From NCBI GenBank assembly GCA_963713975.1, contig OY970218.1, forward strand, positions 864,001-928,000: a stretch of 64,000 nucleotides of DNA. Direction: 5' to 3'. A program made the position numbers and the translations under genes. This document shows, piece by piece, positions 19,273 through 29,400 of the stretch (position 1 is its first letter; each line of letters opens with the position of its first letter). This DNA is from an uncultured Chloroflexia bacterium. Lineage in GTDB: Bacteria; Chloroflexota; Limnocylindria; Limnocylindrales; CSP1-4. The notes beneath the pieces were generated by a model. The model worked only from the letters and a program-made list of their open reading frames with translations. It was not told where the DNA came from and ran no database searches.

Positions 19273-20199
19273 TCAGTCCCGCGGCAGGGAGCGGAGAAGG
19301 GCCGGCACCGCGTGGGCGAACGCCTCGCGCCAGTCGCGCATTGGCTGGCCCGAGGGAAGCGGCGTAGGCTCGAGGACTCCCCAGGCCGGCGGCGTCGACG
19401 CGCGTGACCAGGCGCTGCCCGGGACCTCGACCAGCTCGACATCGATCCCGGTCGCGCGGATCACCTCGCGCGCCCACTCGGCACGGGAGGCGTGGCCGGC
19501 ATTGACCAGGTGGTGGATACGAGGCGGCGCGCCGTCGGGGCACAGCTCGTCCTCTGCGATCAGCTCCACGATGGCCTCGGCGACATCCGGGGCATACGTC
19601 GGGCAGCCGATCTCGTCCCCCACCACGCGCAACGGCTCGCCCGCCGCCCTGGCCCGCATGGCCGCGCCCGCGATCCTCACCGGGAAGTCGTTGCCGGGCG
19701 GCCCATGGAGCCACGAGGTGCGGATGATCGCAAACGGCGAGCCGCCGTCCTCGAACATGGCGTCGTAGGCGAGCTCCTCGCCCTCGAGCTTGCTCACGCC
19801 GTAGGCGTTGATGGGGTCCGGCGGATCGTGGGGCGCATAGCCGCGGCCGTCGGTCCGGCGGCCATCGAACACCTCGTTGGTGGAGACGAGGGCGAGGCTC
19901 ACTCCCTGGTCGGCGCAGGCCTTGGCGATCCTGCCGCTCGCATGCCCGTTGCGGAGCATGGCGAGGGCGGGGTCGAGGGCACAGCCGTCGACGTCCGTCC
20001 AGGCGGCGGCGTGGATGACGAGCTCCGGCCGATCGATCTCGATCAGGCGGACGATCGAGTCGACCGTCACGCTGTCGAGGTCCAGGTCAGGCCTCGACCA
20101 CCCGATGGGACCGAACGCCCCCGTGAACGGCGCCTCCTCCAGCGCCTCGACCAGCGCCCGGCCCAACCGTCCGCGGGCTCCCGTGACGGCGACACGCAT
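19273..20199 (-). CDS. rfbD: dTDP-4-dehydrorhamnose reductase
   Basis: TGARGRLG, HAAAWTDVD, STNEVFDG, YGVSK and DEIGCPT motifs. Confidence 0.9.
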   Translation of the reverse strand: MRVAVTGARGRLGRALVEALEEAPFTGAFGPIGWSRPDLDLDSVTVDSIVRLIEIDRPELVIHAAAWTDVDGCALDPALAMLRNGHASGRIAKACADQGVSLALVSTNEVFDGRRTDGRGYAPHDPPDPINAYGVSKLEGEELAYDAMFEDGGSPFAIIRTSWLHGPPGNDFPVRIAGAAMRARAAGEPLRVVGDEIGCPTYAPDVAEAIVELIAEDELCPDGAPPRIHHLVNAGHASRAEWAREVIRATGIDVELVEVPGSAWSRASTPPAWGVLEPTPLPSGQPMRDWREAFAHAVPALLRSLPRD

Positions 20200-20202
20200 C
20201 GG

Positions 20203-21297
20203 TCAGGCCCCGGTTACCGCGCGACCGGCCGTCAGGCGCTGCCCGTACTGCCGCGCGTAGTACGCGTCCCAGTCGCCGCTGCGCGCGCCTGCCACCCACG
20301 CCGCATGGTCGCGATACCAGGAGACGGTCGCCTCGAGCCCGTGCTCGAACGTGGTGCGCGGCCTCCAGCCCAGGGCCGCCAGCTTCGAGCCGTCCATCGC
20401 GTACCGTCGGTCGTGCCCGGGTCGATCCGGAACCGTGCGGACCAGCGACCAGTCCCGACCGGCGGCGGCAAGCAAGCGCCCGATGACCTCGCGGTTGGGC
20501 AGCTCCGTGCCTCCGGCGACGTTGTAGACCTCGCCCGGATCGCCGTTCCGGAGCACGAACTCGATCGCAACCGCGTGATCGGATACGTGGAGCCAGTCGC
20601 GAACCTGCATCCCGTCGCCATACATGGGAAGGGGTTCCCCCGCGAGGGCGTTCGTGGTGAACAGCGGCACCAGCTTCTCGGGATGCTGGTAGGGGCCGTA
20701 GGTATTGGAGCCTCGCGTGGTCACGACGTCAAGACCGTAGGTCACGTGGTAAGCCCGCACGAGGAGCTCGCCCGCGGCCTTGGCGGCGGCGTACGGGCTG
20801 CGCGGGGCCAGGACATCCGACTCCACGCTGCGGCCGACCGGGATGTCGCCGTACACCTCGTCCGTGCTGACCTGGAGGAAGCGTGGGGCGGTCGACCGCT
20901 CTCCCGCCGCCGCTCGCGCGGCCTCATGGCGGGCAGCCTCCAGCAGCACGTGCACGCCGATGACGCCCGTCCGCAGGAACGCCTCCGGGTCCAGGATCGA
21001 GCGGTCGACATGGGTCTCGGCGGCCACGTTGAGGATCGCGTCCGCACGTGCCGCCAGGGGCGCCACGCTCTCGGCGTCCGCGATGTCCCCGTGGACGAAC
21101 GCAAACCGCGCGGCCTGCTCCTCGTCGGCCTCGACCGAGGCCAGGTTGGCGCGGTTGCCGGCATAGGTGAGCAGGTCCAGGACCGTGATCCGCGTCCCAT
21201 CGCGGCGGGCCATGATCCCGCGGACCAGCTCCGAGCCGATGAACCCGGCACCGCCCGTGACCAGCAGGTGCGCGCCCGCGCCGATGCGGTCGGTCAT
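20203..21297 (-). CDS. rfbB: dTDP-glucose 4,6-dehydratase
   Basis: TGGAGFIGS, LTYAGN, AAETHVDRSI, STDEVYG and DRPGHDRRYA motifs. Confidence 0.95.
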   Translation of the reverse strand: MTDRIGAGAHLLVTGGAGFIGSELVRGIMARRDGTRITVLDLLTYAGNRANLASVEADEEQAARFAFVHGDIADAESVAPLAARADAILNVAAETHVDRSILDPEAFLRTGVIGVHVLLEAARHEAARAAAGERSTAPRFLQVSTDEVYGDIPVGRSVESDVLAPRSPYAAAKAAGELLVRAYHVTYGLDVVTTRGSNTYGPYQHPEKLVPLFTTNALAGEPLPMYGDGMQVRDWLHVSDHAVAIEFVLRNGDPGEVYNVAGGTELPNREVIGRLLAAAGRDWSLVRTVPDRPGHDRRYAMDGSKLAALGWRPRTTFEHGLEATVSWYRDHAAWVAGARSGDWDAYYARQYGQRLTAGRAVTGA

Positions 21298-22061
21298 GCC
21301 GGATCGCCGGGGCGACCCACGGGGGGCGGCAGGGTGCCGGCGAGGTCCTCGGCCTCGGCCAGCTCCGCTGCGCGCAGCAGGCTGGAGACCGTTCCGGCAT
21401 CCGTCCACTGGCCCTCGTACACCTCGGTGAACAGGCCGCCGCCGGGGATGTAGTGGTTGAGCACGTCGGTGATCTCGAACTCGCCGCGACCCGACGGGGC
21501 CAGGCCCTCGATGACGTCGAACGCCCCGGGGCGCAGGAAGTAGACGCCGATCGGGATCAGGTCGCTCTTGGGGTGCTCGGGCTTCTCCTCGAACCCCAGC
21601 ACGCGACCGCGGGCATCGAGTTCGGCGACGCCGAACCGCCCGGGGTCAGGCACACGGTAGAGGAGCGTTCCGGCGCCCCACGGACCCGCTTCGAAGGAGC
21701 GTGCCGTGGCCTCCTGCGGCGCGCCACGGAGGATGTTGTCGCCGAGGACGACGCAGAACGCGTCATCGCCGATGAAGTCCCGCGCGAGACCAATCCCGTG
21801 CGCGATCCCCAGGGCGCCGCGCTGGTAGCGGTAGGTGAGGTCGAGACCGAACTGGCGGCCGTCGCCCAGCAGCTCCACGATATCGCCCACGCTCTTGCCG
21901 CCGACGATGACCATGACCTCCCGGATCCCCATCCCCGCCAGCGTGTCCAGCGGGTAGTAGATCATCGGCCGGTCGTAGATCGGCAGCAGGTGCTTGTTGG
22001 TGACGATCGTGAGCGGGAACAGCCGCGTGGCCGTGCCACCCGCAAGGACAAGGCCCTTCAT
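21294..22061 (-). CDS. rfbA: Glucose-1-phosphate thymidylyltransferase (short form)
   Basis: LAGGTATRLFPLT..NKHLLPIYDRPMIYYPL, LGDN, EEKP, SGRGEFEITD and WTDAGT motifs. Confidence 0.93.
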   Translation of the reverse strand: MKGLVLAGGTATRLFPLTIVTNKHLLPIYDRPMIYYPLDTLAGMGIREVMVIVGGKSVGDIVELLGDGRQFGLDLTYRYQRGALGIAHGIGLARDFIGDDAFCVVLGDNILRGAPQEATARSFEAGPWGAGTLLYRVPDPGRFGVAELDARGRVLGFEEKPEHPKSDLIPIGVYFLRPGAFDVIEGLAPSGRGEFEITDVLNHYIPGGGLFTEVYEGQWTDAGTVSSLLRAAELAEAEDLAGTLPPPVGRPGDPA

Positions 22062-22115
22062 CGGGCAGAGCGTAGCAGGGCACGTGCCGGCCCCCGCGGC
22101 GGGTGCGCCTCCGCC

Positions 22116-23075
22116 CTAGGGCTTGGGCGTGACCTTCGAGGTCGGGGCGGGCGTGAAGCAGGGGACCTCGCCGTCCGGCACCGCCCCTCCCTCGCCGCAC
22201 GGAACCGGCTGCTGGTCCACGGGCGGCAGCCCGCCGGCATAGTCCGTGATCACCAGCGCGAGCTCGAAGGTCTCGAGGTCGGCAGCCGGCGCCAGGAACG
22301 CGGTCTGGACCACGCTGTTCGCGTCACGCTCCACGTCCACCACGGAGCCCACCACGAGGCCGGGCGGGTATGGCGAGCGGATGTCGCCGCCGAGCTCCAG
22401 GCCCGCGGTGAACACCTCTTCGTCGATGCCGATCTCGACCGCCGAATCGACGTTGCGCATGATCAGCACGTCGCCGGCCTGGCCGACGATGTCGCCGGTC
22501 GCGCCCGACGCGAGCAGCCTGCCGACCACGGTGGACGTCGCATCGCTGATCAGGGTCACCTTGGCGAAGCTCGGCCCGACCTCCGTCACCTTCCCGGCCA
22601 GCGCTCCGCCCTGGACAACGACGACATCGCCCATCTCGATCCCGTCGTCGGTGCCCTTGTCCACGGTCACCAGGCGCCGGGTCTCGAGCGTCTCGCGGCC
22701 GATCACGCGCACGGCGATCGTCTGGTGGTCGAAATCACCCTGGAGCTGGAGCAGCCCCGTGAGCTCGTCGTTCTGCTGCTTGAACAGCTGCAGGCGCGAG
22801 TTCTCGTTCCGGAGCCGCTCGTTCTCGTCCGTCAGGGCGGCGTTGTCGGTCCGGAGCTGATCGATCTCCGAGATGGCCTGGAACACCCCGGCGACGGAAT
22901 CGGCGGTGCCCGAGATCGCGTCCTGGAACGGTGTGAGCGCGAACTGGAGCCCGCGCTGGACCTCGCGGACGATCGGGTTGCCGGAGAACGCCATAAGCAG
23001 CAACGTGAACGCGATCAACCCGGCGAACACGATGCCCCGGCGGCGGGCCCGGCGGTTGGTGGCGGAAGTGGTCAT
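22116..23075 (-). CDS. mreC: Rod shape-determining protein MreC
   Basis: N-terminal TM, coiled coil, VDKGTDDGI, LAGKV and YPPGLVVG; follows mreB. Confidence 0.93.
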   Translation of the reverse strand: MTTSATNRRARRRGIVFAGLIAFTLLLMAFSGNPIVREVQRGLQFALTPFQDAISGTADSVAGVFQAISEIDQLRTDNAALTDENERLRNENSRLQLFKQQNDELTGLLQLQGDFDHQTIAVRVIGRETLETRRLVTVDKGTDDGIEMGDVVVVQGGALAGKVTEVGPSFAKVTLISDATSTVVGRLLASGATGDIVGQAGDVLIMRNVDSAVEIGIDEEVFTAGLELGGDIRSPYPPGLVVGSVVDVERDANSVVQTAFLAPAADLETFELALVITDYAGGLPPVDQQPVPCGEGGAVPDGEVPCFTPAPTSKVTPKP

Positions 23076-23127
23076 GGCGCGAGCTCCGGGTGCGTGACCG
23101 GGCCGGCCGGCGACACGCGAGGCGCTG

Positions 23128-24186
23128 TCAGCGCGGGGGACGGACGTAGGTGTCGGCGACGAGCACTCGCTCCATCGACGGGTTGGTCAGCTGCTGGAGC
23201 ACGACGCCGGTTCCCCGGGCCACGCAGGTCAGCGGATCGTCCGCGATGTGGACCGGCATCTGCGTGGCTTCGGCGACCCGCCGGTCCAGACCCGCGAGGA
23301 GCGCGCCGCCACCGGCGAGCACGATGCCCTGGTCCATGATGTCGGCCACCAGCTCGGGCGGCGTCTCCTCGATCGTGTCCTTGATGGTGTCGACGATCTG
23401 GGCAACCGAGACCTCGATGGCGTCGCGGATCTGGTCCGCGCCAACCTCCACCGAGCGCGGCAGGCCCGTCAGCAGGTCCCGCCCGCGGAGCGTGACCCGT
23501 TGCGCATCCCAGTCACCCGGGTACGCGGACCCGATGGCGATCTTGATGTCCTCGGCCGTGCGCTCGCCCAGGAACAGGTTGTACTCGCGTCGGGCATAGG
23601 CAACGATGTCGGTGTCCATCTCGTCGCCGCCGATGCGGATCGAGCGCGATACGACGATGCCGCCGAGCGAGAGGACCGCGACCTCCGTGGTGCCACCACC
23701 GATGTCGACGATGAGGGAACCCGAGGGCTCGGACACGGGCAGCCCGGCGCCGATCGCGGCGGCCATCGGCTCCTCGATCAGGCGGGCCCAGCGGGCGCCG
23801 GCGTTGAGGGCGGCGTCACGGACGGCGCGCTTCTCCACCTCGGTGACGCCGGACGGGACGCCGAGCAGCATGCGCGGGCGCGGGATCAGGCCAACCCGGT
23901 CGTGCACCTTGTTCACGAAGTACTTGATCATCTGCTCGGTCACGTCGAAGTCGCTGATGACCCCATCGCGCAGCGGGCGGACGGCGATGATCGAGGCGGG
24001 AGTGCGGCCGACCATCCGCTTGGCCTCGGCGCCGATCGCCAGGACCCGCTTGGTCTTGGCGTCGATCGCCACCACGGACGGCTCCGAGATCACGATCCCG
24101 CGGTCGCGGACGTGGACCAGCGTGTTCGCGGTGCCGAGGTCGATCCCGATGTCGCGGGAGAAGAGGCCGAGGATCCGGTCGAGCAT
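23128..24186 (-). CDS. mreB: Rod shape-determining protein MreB
   Basis: IGIDLGTANT, PLRDGVISDF, EEPMAAAIGAG, DIGGGTTE and GGGALL motifs; GGGAGG-like RBS context. Confidence 0.97.
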   Translation of the reverse strand: MLDRILGLFSRDIGIDLGTANTLVHVRDRGIVISEPSVVAIDAKTKRVLAIGAEAKRMVGRTPASIIAVRPLRDGVISDFDVTEQMIKYFVNKVHDRVGLIPRPRMLLGVPSGVTEVEKRAVRDAALNAGARWARLIEEPMAAAIGAGLPVSEPSGSLIVDIGGGTTEVAVLSLGGIVVSRSIRIGGDEMDTDIVAYARREYNLFLGERTAEDIKIAIGSAYPGDWDAQRVTLRGRDLLTGLPRSVEVGADQIRDAIEVSVAQIVDTIKDTIEETPPELVADIMDQGIVLAGGGALLAGLDRRVAEATQMPVHIADDPLTCVARGTGVVLQQLTNPSMERVLVADTYVRPPR

Positions 24187-24363
24187 GCTTGGGAGGTCGT
24201 TCCTTGCTGGTGGCGCGGGGCCGGCGGGCGGCCCTTGGGAGCGTGCGGCCGAGCGCCGCGGAGAGATCGGGTCGTGGGAGCCCACCCACGTGCCTGGCGG
24301 GCGGGCCCGTGCAGTATACCGGCCGTCGCGAACGACCCCTGACGGCGGTATCCGCCGACGGGA

Positions 24364-25530
24364 CTACCGCCAGATCAGCTCCTCGCCGTGCTCGCCGACA
24401 AGGTGCCGGCCCGCGGCAAAGCGACCGGGGTCGAACGGGGCGATGTCCACCGAGCCCGCGGAGCCGTCGAGAATCAGCTCCGCCATCCCGAGGCCCACGG
24501 CTGGCGCGGTCTTGAAGCCGGTGCCGCTGTGTCCGCAGTCAAGGAAGAAGCCGTCCGGGCCTGCCGGGCCGAGCATCGGTCGCTGGTCAGGGGTCAGGCC
24601 GTCCTGGCCGCTGTGCGAGGTGCGGAAGGTGCCATCGACCAGCGCCGGCACGCGACGGATGATGCGCTCGGCGGCACGCTCTCGGAAGTCGGCGGCGGCC
24701 TCCGATGTGTCGCGATCAGGGGCGCCGCCGATCTGGTTGTCGTCCTCGAGGCCGATCAGCACCATGTCCGAGCCCTCGGGCCGAAAGTACATGCTGTTCG
24801 CGTTGTCGATCACCACCGGGATCGGCCGGGCGACGGAATCCGGGACGCCGAGGTAGCCGGTGTCATGGCGCCAGACGCTCACCGGGATGTCCACGCCGAC
24901 GAGCCCCGCCACGGATCCTGCCCAGGCGCCCGCGGCATCGACGACCACGGGTGCGCTCAACGCGCCCCGGGTCGTCTCGACACCGGTCACGTGGCCGCCC
25001 GCAACGGGGATCGCGGTGACCTCGGCACCCGGCACCAGGCGGGCGCCCCGGGTCTTCGCCGCGGCGAGGAAGCCGGCCGCGGTCATGAACGGGTCCGCAT
25101 ATCCGGACTCCGGTTCCCATGCGGCAACCTCGTCACCGATCTCGAGCGATGGCGCCAGGCGCAGGATGTCCTCGGCGCCCACCACGCTGGAATCGACGCC
25201 CAGCGCACAATGCGACGCGCTGTTCGCGCGCACGCGCTCGAGACGGGCCGCGGGCTCGATCCACAGGAAGCCCGTGCGGGTGAAGCCGCACTCCCCGCCG
25301 ACGCGCTCGGCCCAGTCCCGGAACCATCCGAAGGATGCCCAAGCCAGCTTCGACTCCGCGAGGAGGTCGTAGTAGACGCGCACGAGACCGCTCGACCGGC
25401 CGGTAGCGCCGGCCGCCACGGACGAGCGTTCCACGACGGCCACGCGTGCGCCACGCGAGGCGAGATGGAACGCCAGGCTGGCGCCCTGGACACCCGCGCC
25501 GATGACGATGACGTCGGCCGTGTCGGTCAT
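24364..25530 (-). CDS. FAD-dependent oxidoreductase (DAO/sarcosine oxidase beta family)
   Basis: IGAGVQG, GATGRSSG, DAAGAW, TPDQRP and GHSGTGFK motifs. Confidence 0.9.
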   Translation of the reverse strand: MTDTADVIVIGAGVQGASLAFHLASRGARVAVVERSSVAAGATGRSSGLVRVYYDLLAESKLAWASFGWFRDWAERVGGECGFTRTGFLWIEPAARLERVRANSASHCALGVDSSVVGAEDILRLAPSLEIGDEVAAWEPESGYADPFMTAAGFLAAAKTRGARLVPGAEVTAIPVAGGHVTGVETTRGALSAPVVVDAAGAWAGSVAGLVGVDIPVSVWRHDTGYLGVPDSVARPIPVVIDNANSMYFRPEGSDMVLIGLEDDNQIGGAPDRDTSEAAADFRERAAERIIRRVPALVDGTFRTSHSGQDGLTPDQRPMLGPAGPDGFFLDCGHSGTGFKTAPAVGLGMAELILDGSAGSVDIAPFDPGRFAAGRHLVGEHGEELIWR

Positions 25531-25610
25531 GTGCGATCCCTCTCTCATGCGCTGCGAGGGTCCAGTATCCGGTACCCCATCGGGCGGCGCCGCCCCCGTC
25601 CCGTCCGCCG

Positions 25611-26366
25611 TCACGCGGCGCGCGCGGGCCCCGGCCGGTCGAAGGTGACGCCGCGGTCCCGCAGCGAGATCCAGGCGTCATGCCCGATCACGACGTGGTC
25701 CAGCACATCGACGTCCAGCAGCCGCCCGGCCGCGATCGCCTCCGCGGTGAGGTGGAGGTCGTCCGGTGAGGGTGTCGGATCGCCACTCGGATGGTTGTGC
25801 ACGAGCACGACCCCGCTGGCGTCGAGGCGCACGGCATCCCGGAACAGCTCGCCGACCCGGACCAGCGACGCGGACACGTTGCCCACGTACACGCTGGACA
25901 CGCGCTGGACCACGTTTTTCGCGTTAAGGCTGAGCACGCGCAGCTCCTCTCGCTCCAGGCGGCCCATCTCGAGCTGCAGCCGGTCCGCGACGTCCTGTGG
26001 CGAGCGGATCGTCCAGCGACCCACCGGCCAGTCCGCCATGGACCGCCGGCCGAGCTCGAACGCGGCCGCCAGCCGTGCGGCCTTGGCCGCTCCGACCCCG
26101 GGGATCGCGGACAGCTCCACGTCCGTGGCGCGTGCCAGCGCTCCGACGCTCGCGTGCCGGGCGAGCGCCTCCTCTGCCAGGTCCACGGCGCTGCGCCCGC
26201 CGGCGCCAGTGCCCCAGATCACGGCGATCAGCTCCGCCGCCGAGAGACCCCCGGGCCCACGCATGGCGAGCCGCTCGCGGGGCCGCTCGGCGGCGGGGAG
26301 GTCGCGCACGGAACGAGAGGCCGGCCGGTGTGCCGAGGCGGCCACGAGGTCGTTGCCGGTCGCCAT
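25611..26366 (-). CDS. radC: RadC family JAB-domain protein
   Basis: ERPRERL, LSAAELIA, HhH GVGAAKA, HNHPSGDPTPS..D and LDHVVIG; AGGAGGT RBS. Confidence 0.95.
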   Translation of the reverse strand: MATGNDLVAASAHRPASRSVRDLPAAERPRERLAMRGPGGLSAAELIAVIWGTGAGGRSAVDLAEEALARHASVGALARATDVELSAIPGVGAAKAARLAAAFELGRRSMADWPVGRWTIRSPQDVADRLQLEMGRLEREELRVLSLNAKNVVQRVSSVYVGNVSASLVRVGELFRDAVRLDASGVVLVHNHPSGDPTPSPDDLHLTAEAIAAGRLLDVDVLDHVVIGHDAWISLRDRGVTFDRPGPARAA

Positions 26367-26402
26367 GACCCACCTCCTGAATGCGGGCCGGCGGGCCGCC
26401 AT

Positions 26403-26481
26403 GGACGCCCTCGCGAGTCGAGGCGTCCCCGGGGCCCGGACGACGGAAGCCCGCCGATTTCCCCCGCCGTCCGGACCCGGG
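26403..26481 (-). promoter_or_regulatory. Structured 5' leader of radC (two hairpins)
   Basis: Stems 26403-26428 and 26428-26481; mismatches resolve as G-U pairs on the minus strand; a TAGCCT -10-like element lies just upstream. Confidence 0.45.
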
Positions 26482-26587
26482 AACACGACGAAGGCTACGC
26501 AGGGCCCCTTACCGGTCGCTCATCGGGGGCTTGCACGCGGCTTTGGCGGACTCAAGGCCGTCGCGGGCAGGAGGGTCCGACGCGGGG

Positions 26588-27655
26588 TCAGACGAGCCCC
26601 GCGGCAAGCGCCAGGACGATCACCTGGAGCGCGTTGAACGTCCCGTGGAGCCCGATTGCCGCATACAGCGAGCGGCGGGCCAGGAACACCCAGCCAAGGG
26701 TCAGGCTCACCGGCATCAGCGCCACGAACGAGAACAGCGCCCGCTGCGCGCCGGTCGAGAAGGACGCGTCGAACAGGGTCACGACATGCGCCAGCGCAAA
26801 GAACACGGCGCCCCGCGCAACGGCTGAACGGGCCCCGCCGGTCCGTGCCCACGCCGTGGTCGTGAACCCACGGAAGAACAGCTCCTCCCCGATGGGTGCG
26901 AGGATCGCGGCCGTCAACAGGTTCAGGACCAGCCCCGGGACGTCCCCGGCCTCCGGCAGCGCGCTCGGTGCGGGCTCCAGGAACATGGCCAGCAGCCCGC
27001 CCAGCGCCAGCGTCACCACGAGGACAGGCACGGCAAGCAGGGCGCCCGCAAGAAGGTTGCGCAAGGCTGCCGCATCGGGCCGCACCACGCCCATCTCCCG
27101 CCAGCCCAGAGCGCCGGGCCCCACGACCAGCAGGCGGATGACCGCGATATAGAGCAGCGTCGTGAGGGCCAGGTTGAGGGTCGTGGCAGCAGGGGATCGG
27201 GCGTCCAGCCCGAGCGCCGAGAGCGGGGCGAGGAGGACGATCAGCCCGACCACGGTCAGCACGACGACCACCACGAACGCGAGCACGGGGGACGGCCCGC
27301 GATAGGCAAGCTCCGGGCGTCGGCCCCGCTCCACCGCCTGGGATCCGGCGGCCGCGATCAGCCCGAGGCCGAGCACCACCATGCCCGCGAGGAACAGCCA
27401 GGGCGATGCCGCCGTGCCGGCCGCCATGAGCGAGACGAACACGAGCGCCGCACCCGCAAGCGTCGCGACCCAGCCGGCGAGATACAGGCCCGGGACCGCG
27501 CGGCCCGCGAGGCTGAATATGGAGATGGCGGCTGCCTCGTCTGGGACAGGCAACGCGGCGTCAGGATCCTCCGGTCCGGGGCCCTGCGGCGCCCGTGCGC
27601 CAGGCTCGTCGCCGTCGGCGGGCCCGTGCCGCTCCCCGTCCGACGCCTCGGTCAA
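26588..27655 (-). CDS. CPBP family intramembrane glutamic endopeptidase
   Basis: APIGEELFFRG, FFALAH and AIGLHGTFN motifs; multiple TMs. Confidence 0.9.
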   Translation of the reverse strand: MTEASDGERHGPADGDEPGARAPQGPGPEDPDAALPVPDEAAAISIFSLAGRAVPGLYLAGWVATLAGAALVFVSLMAAGTAASPWLFLAGMVVLGLGLIAAAGSQAVERGRRPELAYRGPSPVLAFVVVVVLTVVGLIVLLAPLSALGLDARSPAATTLNLALTTLLYIAVIRLLVVGPGALGWREMGVVRPDAAALRNLLAGALLAVPVLVVTLALGGLLAMFLEPAPSALPEAGDVPGLVLNLLTAAILAPIGEELFFRGFTTTAWARTGGARSAVARGAVFFALAHVVTLFDASFSTGAQRALFSFVALMPVSLTLGWVFLARRSLYAAIGLHGTFNALQVIVLALAAGLV

Positions 27656-28296
27656 GGCTCCGAAACGGATCCGGAGGTGCCCCGGGAGGCGGTGGTGGAC
27701 CGGGGCGGCTGACGCACCGATCCGCCGCGGCTCCCGGACCGCGTGGTCCTGGCCGGCGCTTCCAGCCGGTCCAGGTCAGCGGGTCCGGCCGAGATTGGCT
27801 CGTAGGCGGCGATGTCCGCCCGCTCGAAGTCCTTGCCGCACCAGGCGCAGAGCGACCAGTCGAGGCCGACCAGACGTCCGCAGTTCGCGCAGACGCGGCT
27901 CAGGCGCGTGCGACACGTGGGGCAGATGATCCATTCGTCGCTGATCCGGCGGTGGCAGGCCGGGCATGACTTGACCGCCTCGACCTCGGCCAGGAGCGCC
28001 TCCTCCGCCAGGTTCCGCTCGTATACCTCGCCGATCTTCTCCTGGGGTCGGACGATCCTGTAGACGATGACGCCGAACAGGAACAGCACCGGCGTGAACA
28101 GCACGATGAGGGCCGCGGCAAGGTACGGCAGGACCGGGTTCTCGCTCCGCAGCTGCATGTCGCGAAACGCCCAGTACGCCGCCGCCAGCCAGAGGATGAC
28201 GATGTAGACGGACATGCCCTGAATGGCGAGTTGGACGATCGGGCTCGAGAAGAAGCCGCCGATCGCGTCCGTGATCGGGGTGAGAATCTGATCCAT
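27652..28296 (-). CDS. Membrane protein with double zinc ribbon
   Basis: 2-3 TMs followed by CPAC, CPTC, CANC and CAWC. Confidence 0.85.
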   Translation of the reverse strand: MDQILTPITDAIGGFFSSPIVQLAIQGMSVYIVILWLAAAYWAFRDMQLRSENPVLPYLAAALIVLFTPVLFLFGVIVYRIVRPQEKIGEVYERNLAEEALLAEVEAVKSCPACHRRISDEWIICPTCRTRLSRVCANCGRLVGLDWSLCAWCGKDFERADIAAYEPISAGPADLDRLEAPARTTRSGSRGGSVRQPPRSTTASRGTSGSVSEP

Positions 28297-28404
28297 GCGG
28301 TGGCGTGTGGCCTCCGAGCGGGCGGGGCGCGCGTGGGCGCGCAGCGAGCGGGAGTGTAACAGGGGAACCCTTGTGATCCGGGCCGCGGCATGACGCGCAG
28401 GAGG

Positions 28405-29400
28405 TCAGTCGCGTGACGGGCCACCGGGCGACCGCCGCCGCGCAACCTCCAGCGTCCACGCCGCGGCGCGGATAGCGGCACCCACTCCGGCCAGCACCAG
28501 GCCGCCCGCGAAGACGGCCACCCAGATGAACAGGGCAAGGGTCGTGATGACCGGATCGCGACCGCCGACGACGATGTCGCGCAGCCGGTCCCAGCCGATC
28601 GCGGCCGCGGCCAGCGTGGGGCCTGCCAGCAGCAGGAGCACGGCCAACCCCAGGAGCGCCGTCGGGAGGACGCGAAGGGGCCGCCGCACGAGGTCGGTCC
28701 ACCCCAGGAGCCACGACGACGGGACCGAGCGACGCTCGAGGACCAGGTGCCGGATCCCGACGGCGCCCGCCGCATCGCTGAGCAGCCACACGAGGGCGAT
28801 GCCGGCCACGAGCCACGGAACGTCCCCGATCACCCGGATCGGTAGCGGCGTCACCAGGTCCTGGGGCAGGACGAGCTGGCGGTACGCGGCGTCGTAGACC
28901 GGCGTCCAGGCGAGGCCCGCCGCGATCACGACCGGCACCAGCGACAGGAGGCGCAGGACGGCGACAGGACCCGTGCCCGGCGCGCCTTCGATCGAGGTGG
29001 CCTCGAGCCCGAGGCCGTCGTCCTCGGCGGCGTCGAGCACGACGGCGATCCCCTCCCGCTCGGCCCACGCGCCTGCAACCGTTCCGGCGGTCACGAGCAG
29101 GAGGGCGACCGCGAGACCAGTGGCGATCAGCGAGATCAGGCCGATCGACGGCGTCCCGACCACCATCGAGCTTACGGGTCCGCCCAGGGCGTTCTGGAGA
29201 CCGGTGGGCGTCGGCAGCACCAGGATCGGCCACGCCACGACGATCACGCCGCCCCCGGCCAGGAACCCGGCCAGCCCCAGGAGCCAGGACAGCGGCCGCA
29301 TCAGGGTCACGGCCACGGCACCCGTCACGACGGAGCCCAGGCCCCAGCGCTCCCCCACCCCGCGCTCCTCCGACGGCGTCGCGGAGGACGCCGCGATCAC
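28405..29400 (-). CDS. Hypothetical multi-pass membrane protein
   Basis: About 6-7 hydrophobic segments; GTGA overlap with the UPF0182 stop. Confidence 0.75.
   Translation of the reverse strand: MIAASSATPSEERGVGERWGLGSVVTGAVAVTLMRPLSWLLGLAGFLAGGGVIVVAWPILVLPTPTGLQNALGGPVSSMVVGTPSIGLISLIATGLAVALLLVTAGTVAGAWAEREGIAVVLDAAEDDGLGLEATSIEGAPGTGPVAVLRLLSLVPVVIAAGLAWTPVYDAAYRQLVLPQDLVTPLPIRVIGDVPWLVAGIALVWLLSDAAGAVGIRHLVLERRSVPSSWLLGWTDLVRRPLRVLPTALLGLAVLLLLAGPTLAAAAIGWDRLRDIVVGGRDPVITTLALFIWVAVFAGGLVLAGVGAAIRAAAWTLEVARRRSPGGPSRD

Noticed and set aside
25611-26366. radC as a marker of a mobile element
   Set aside because: It is the full-length HhH+JAB chromosomal type near mreBC, with no integrase, transposase or att sites nearby.
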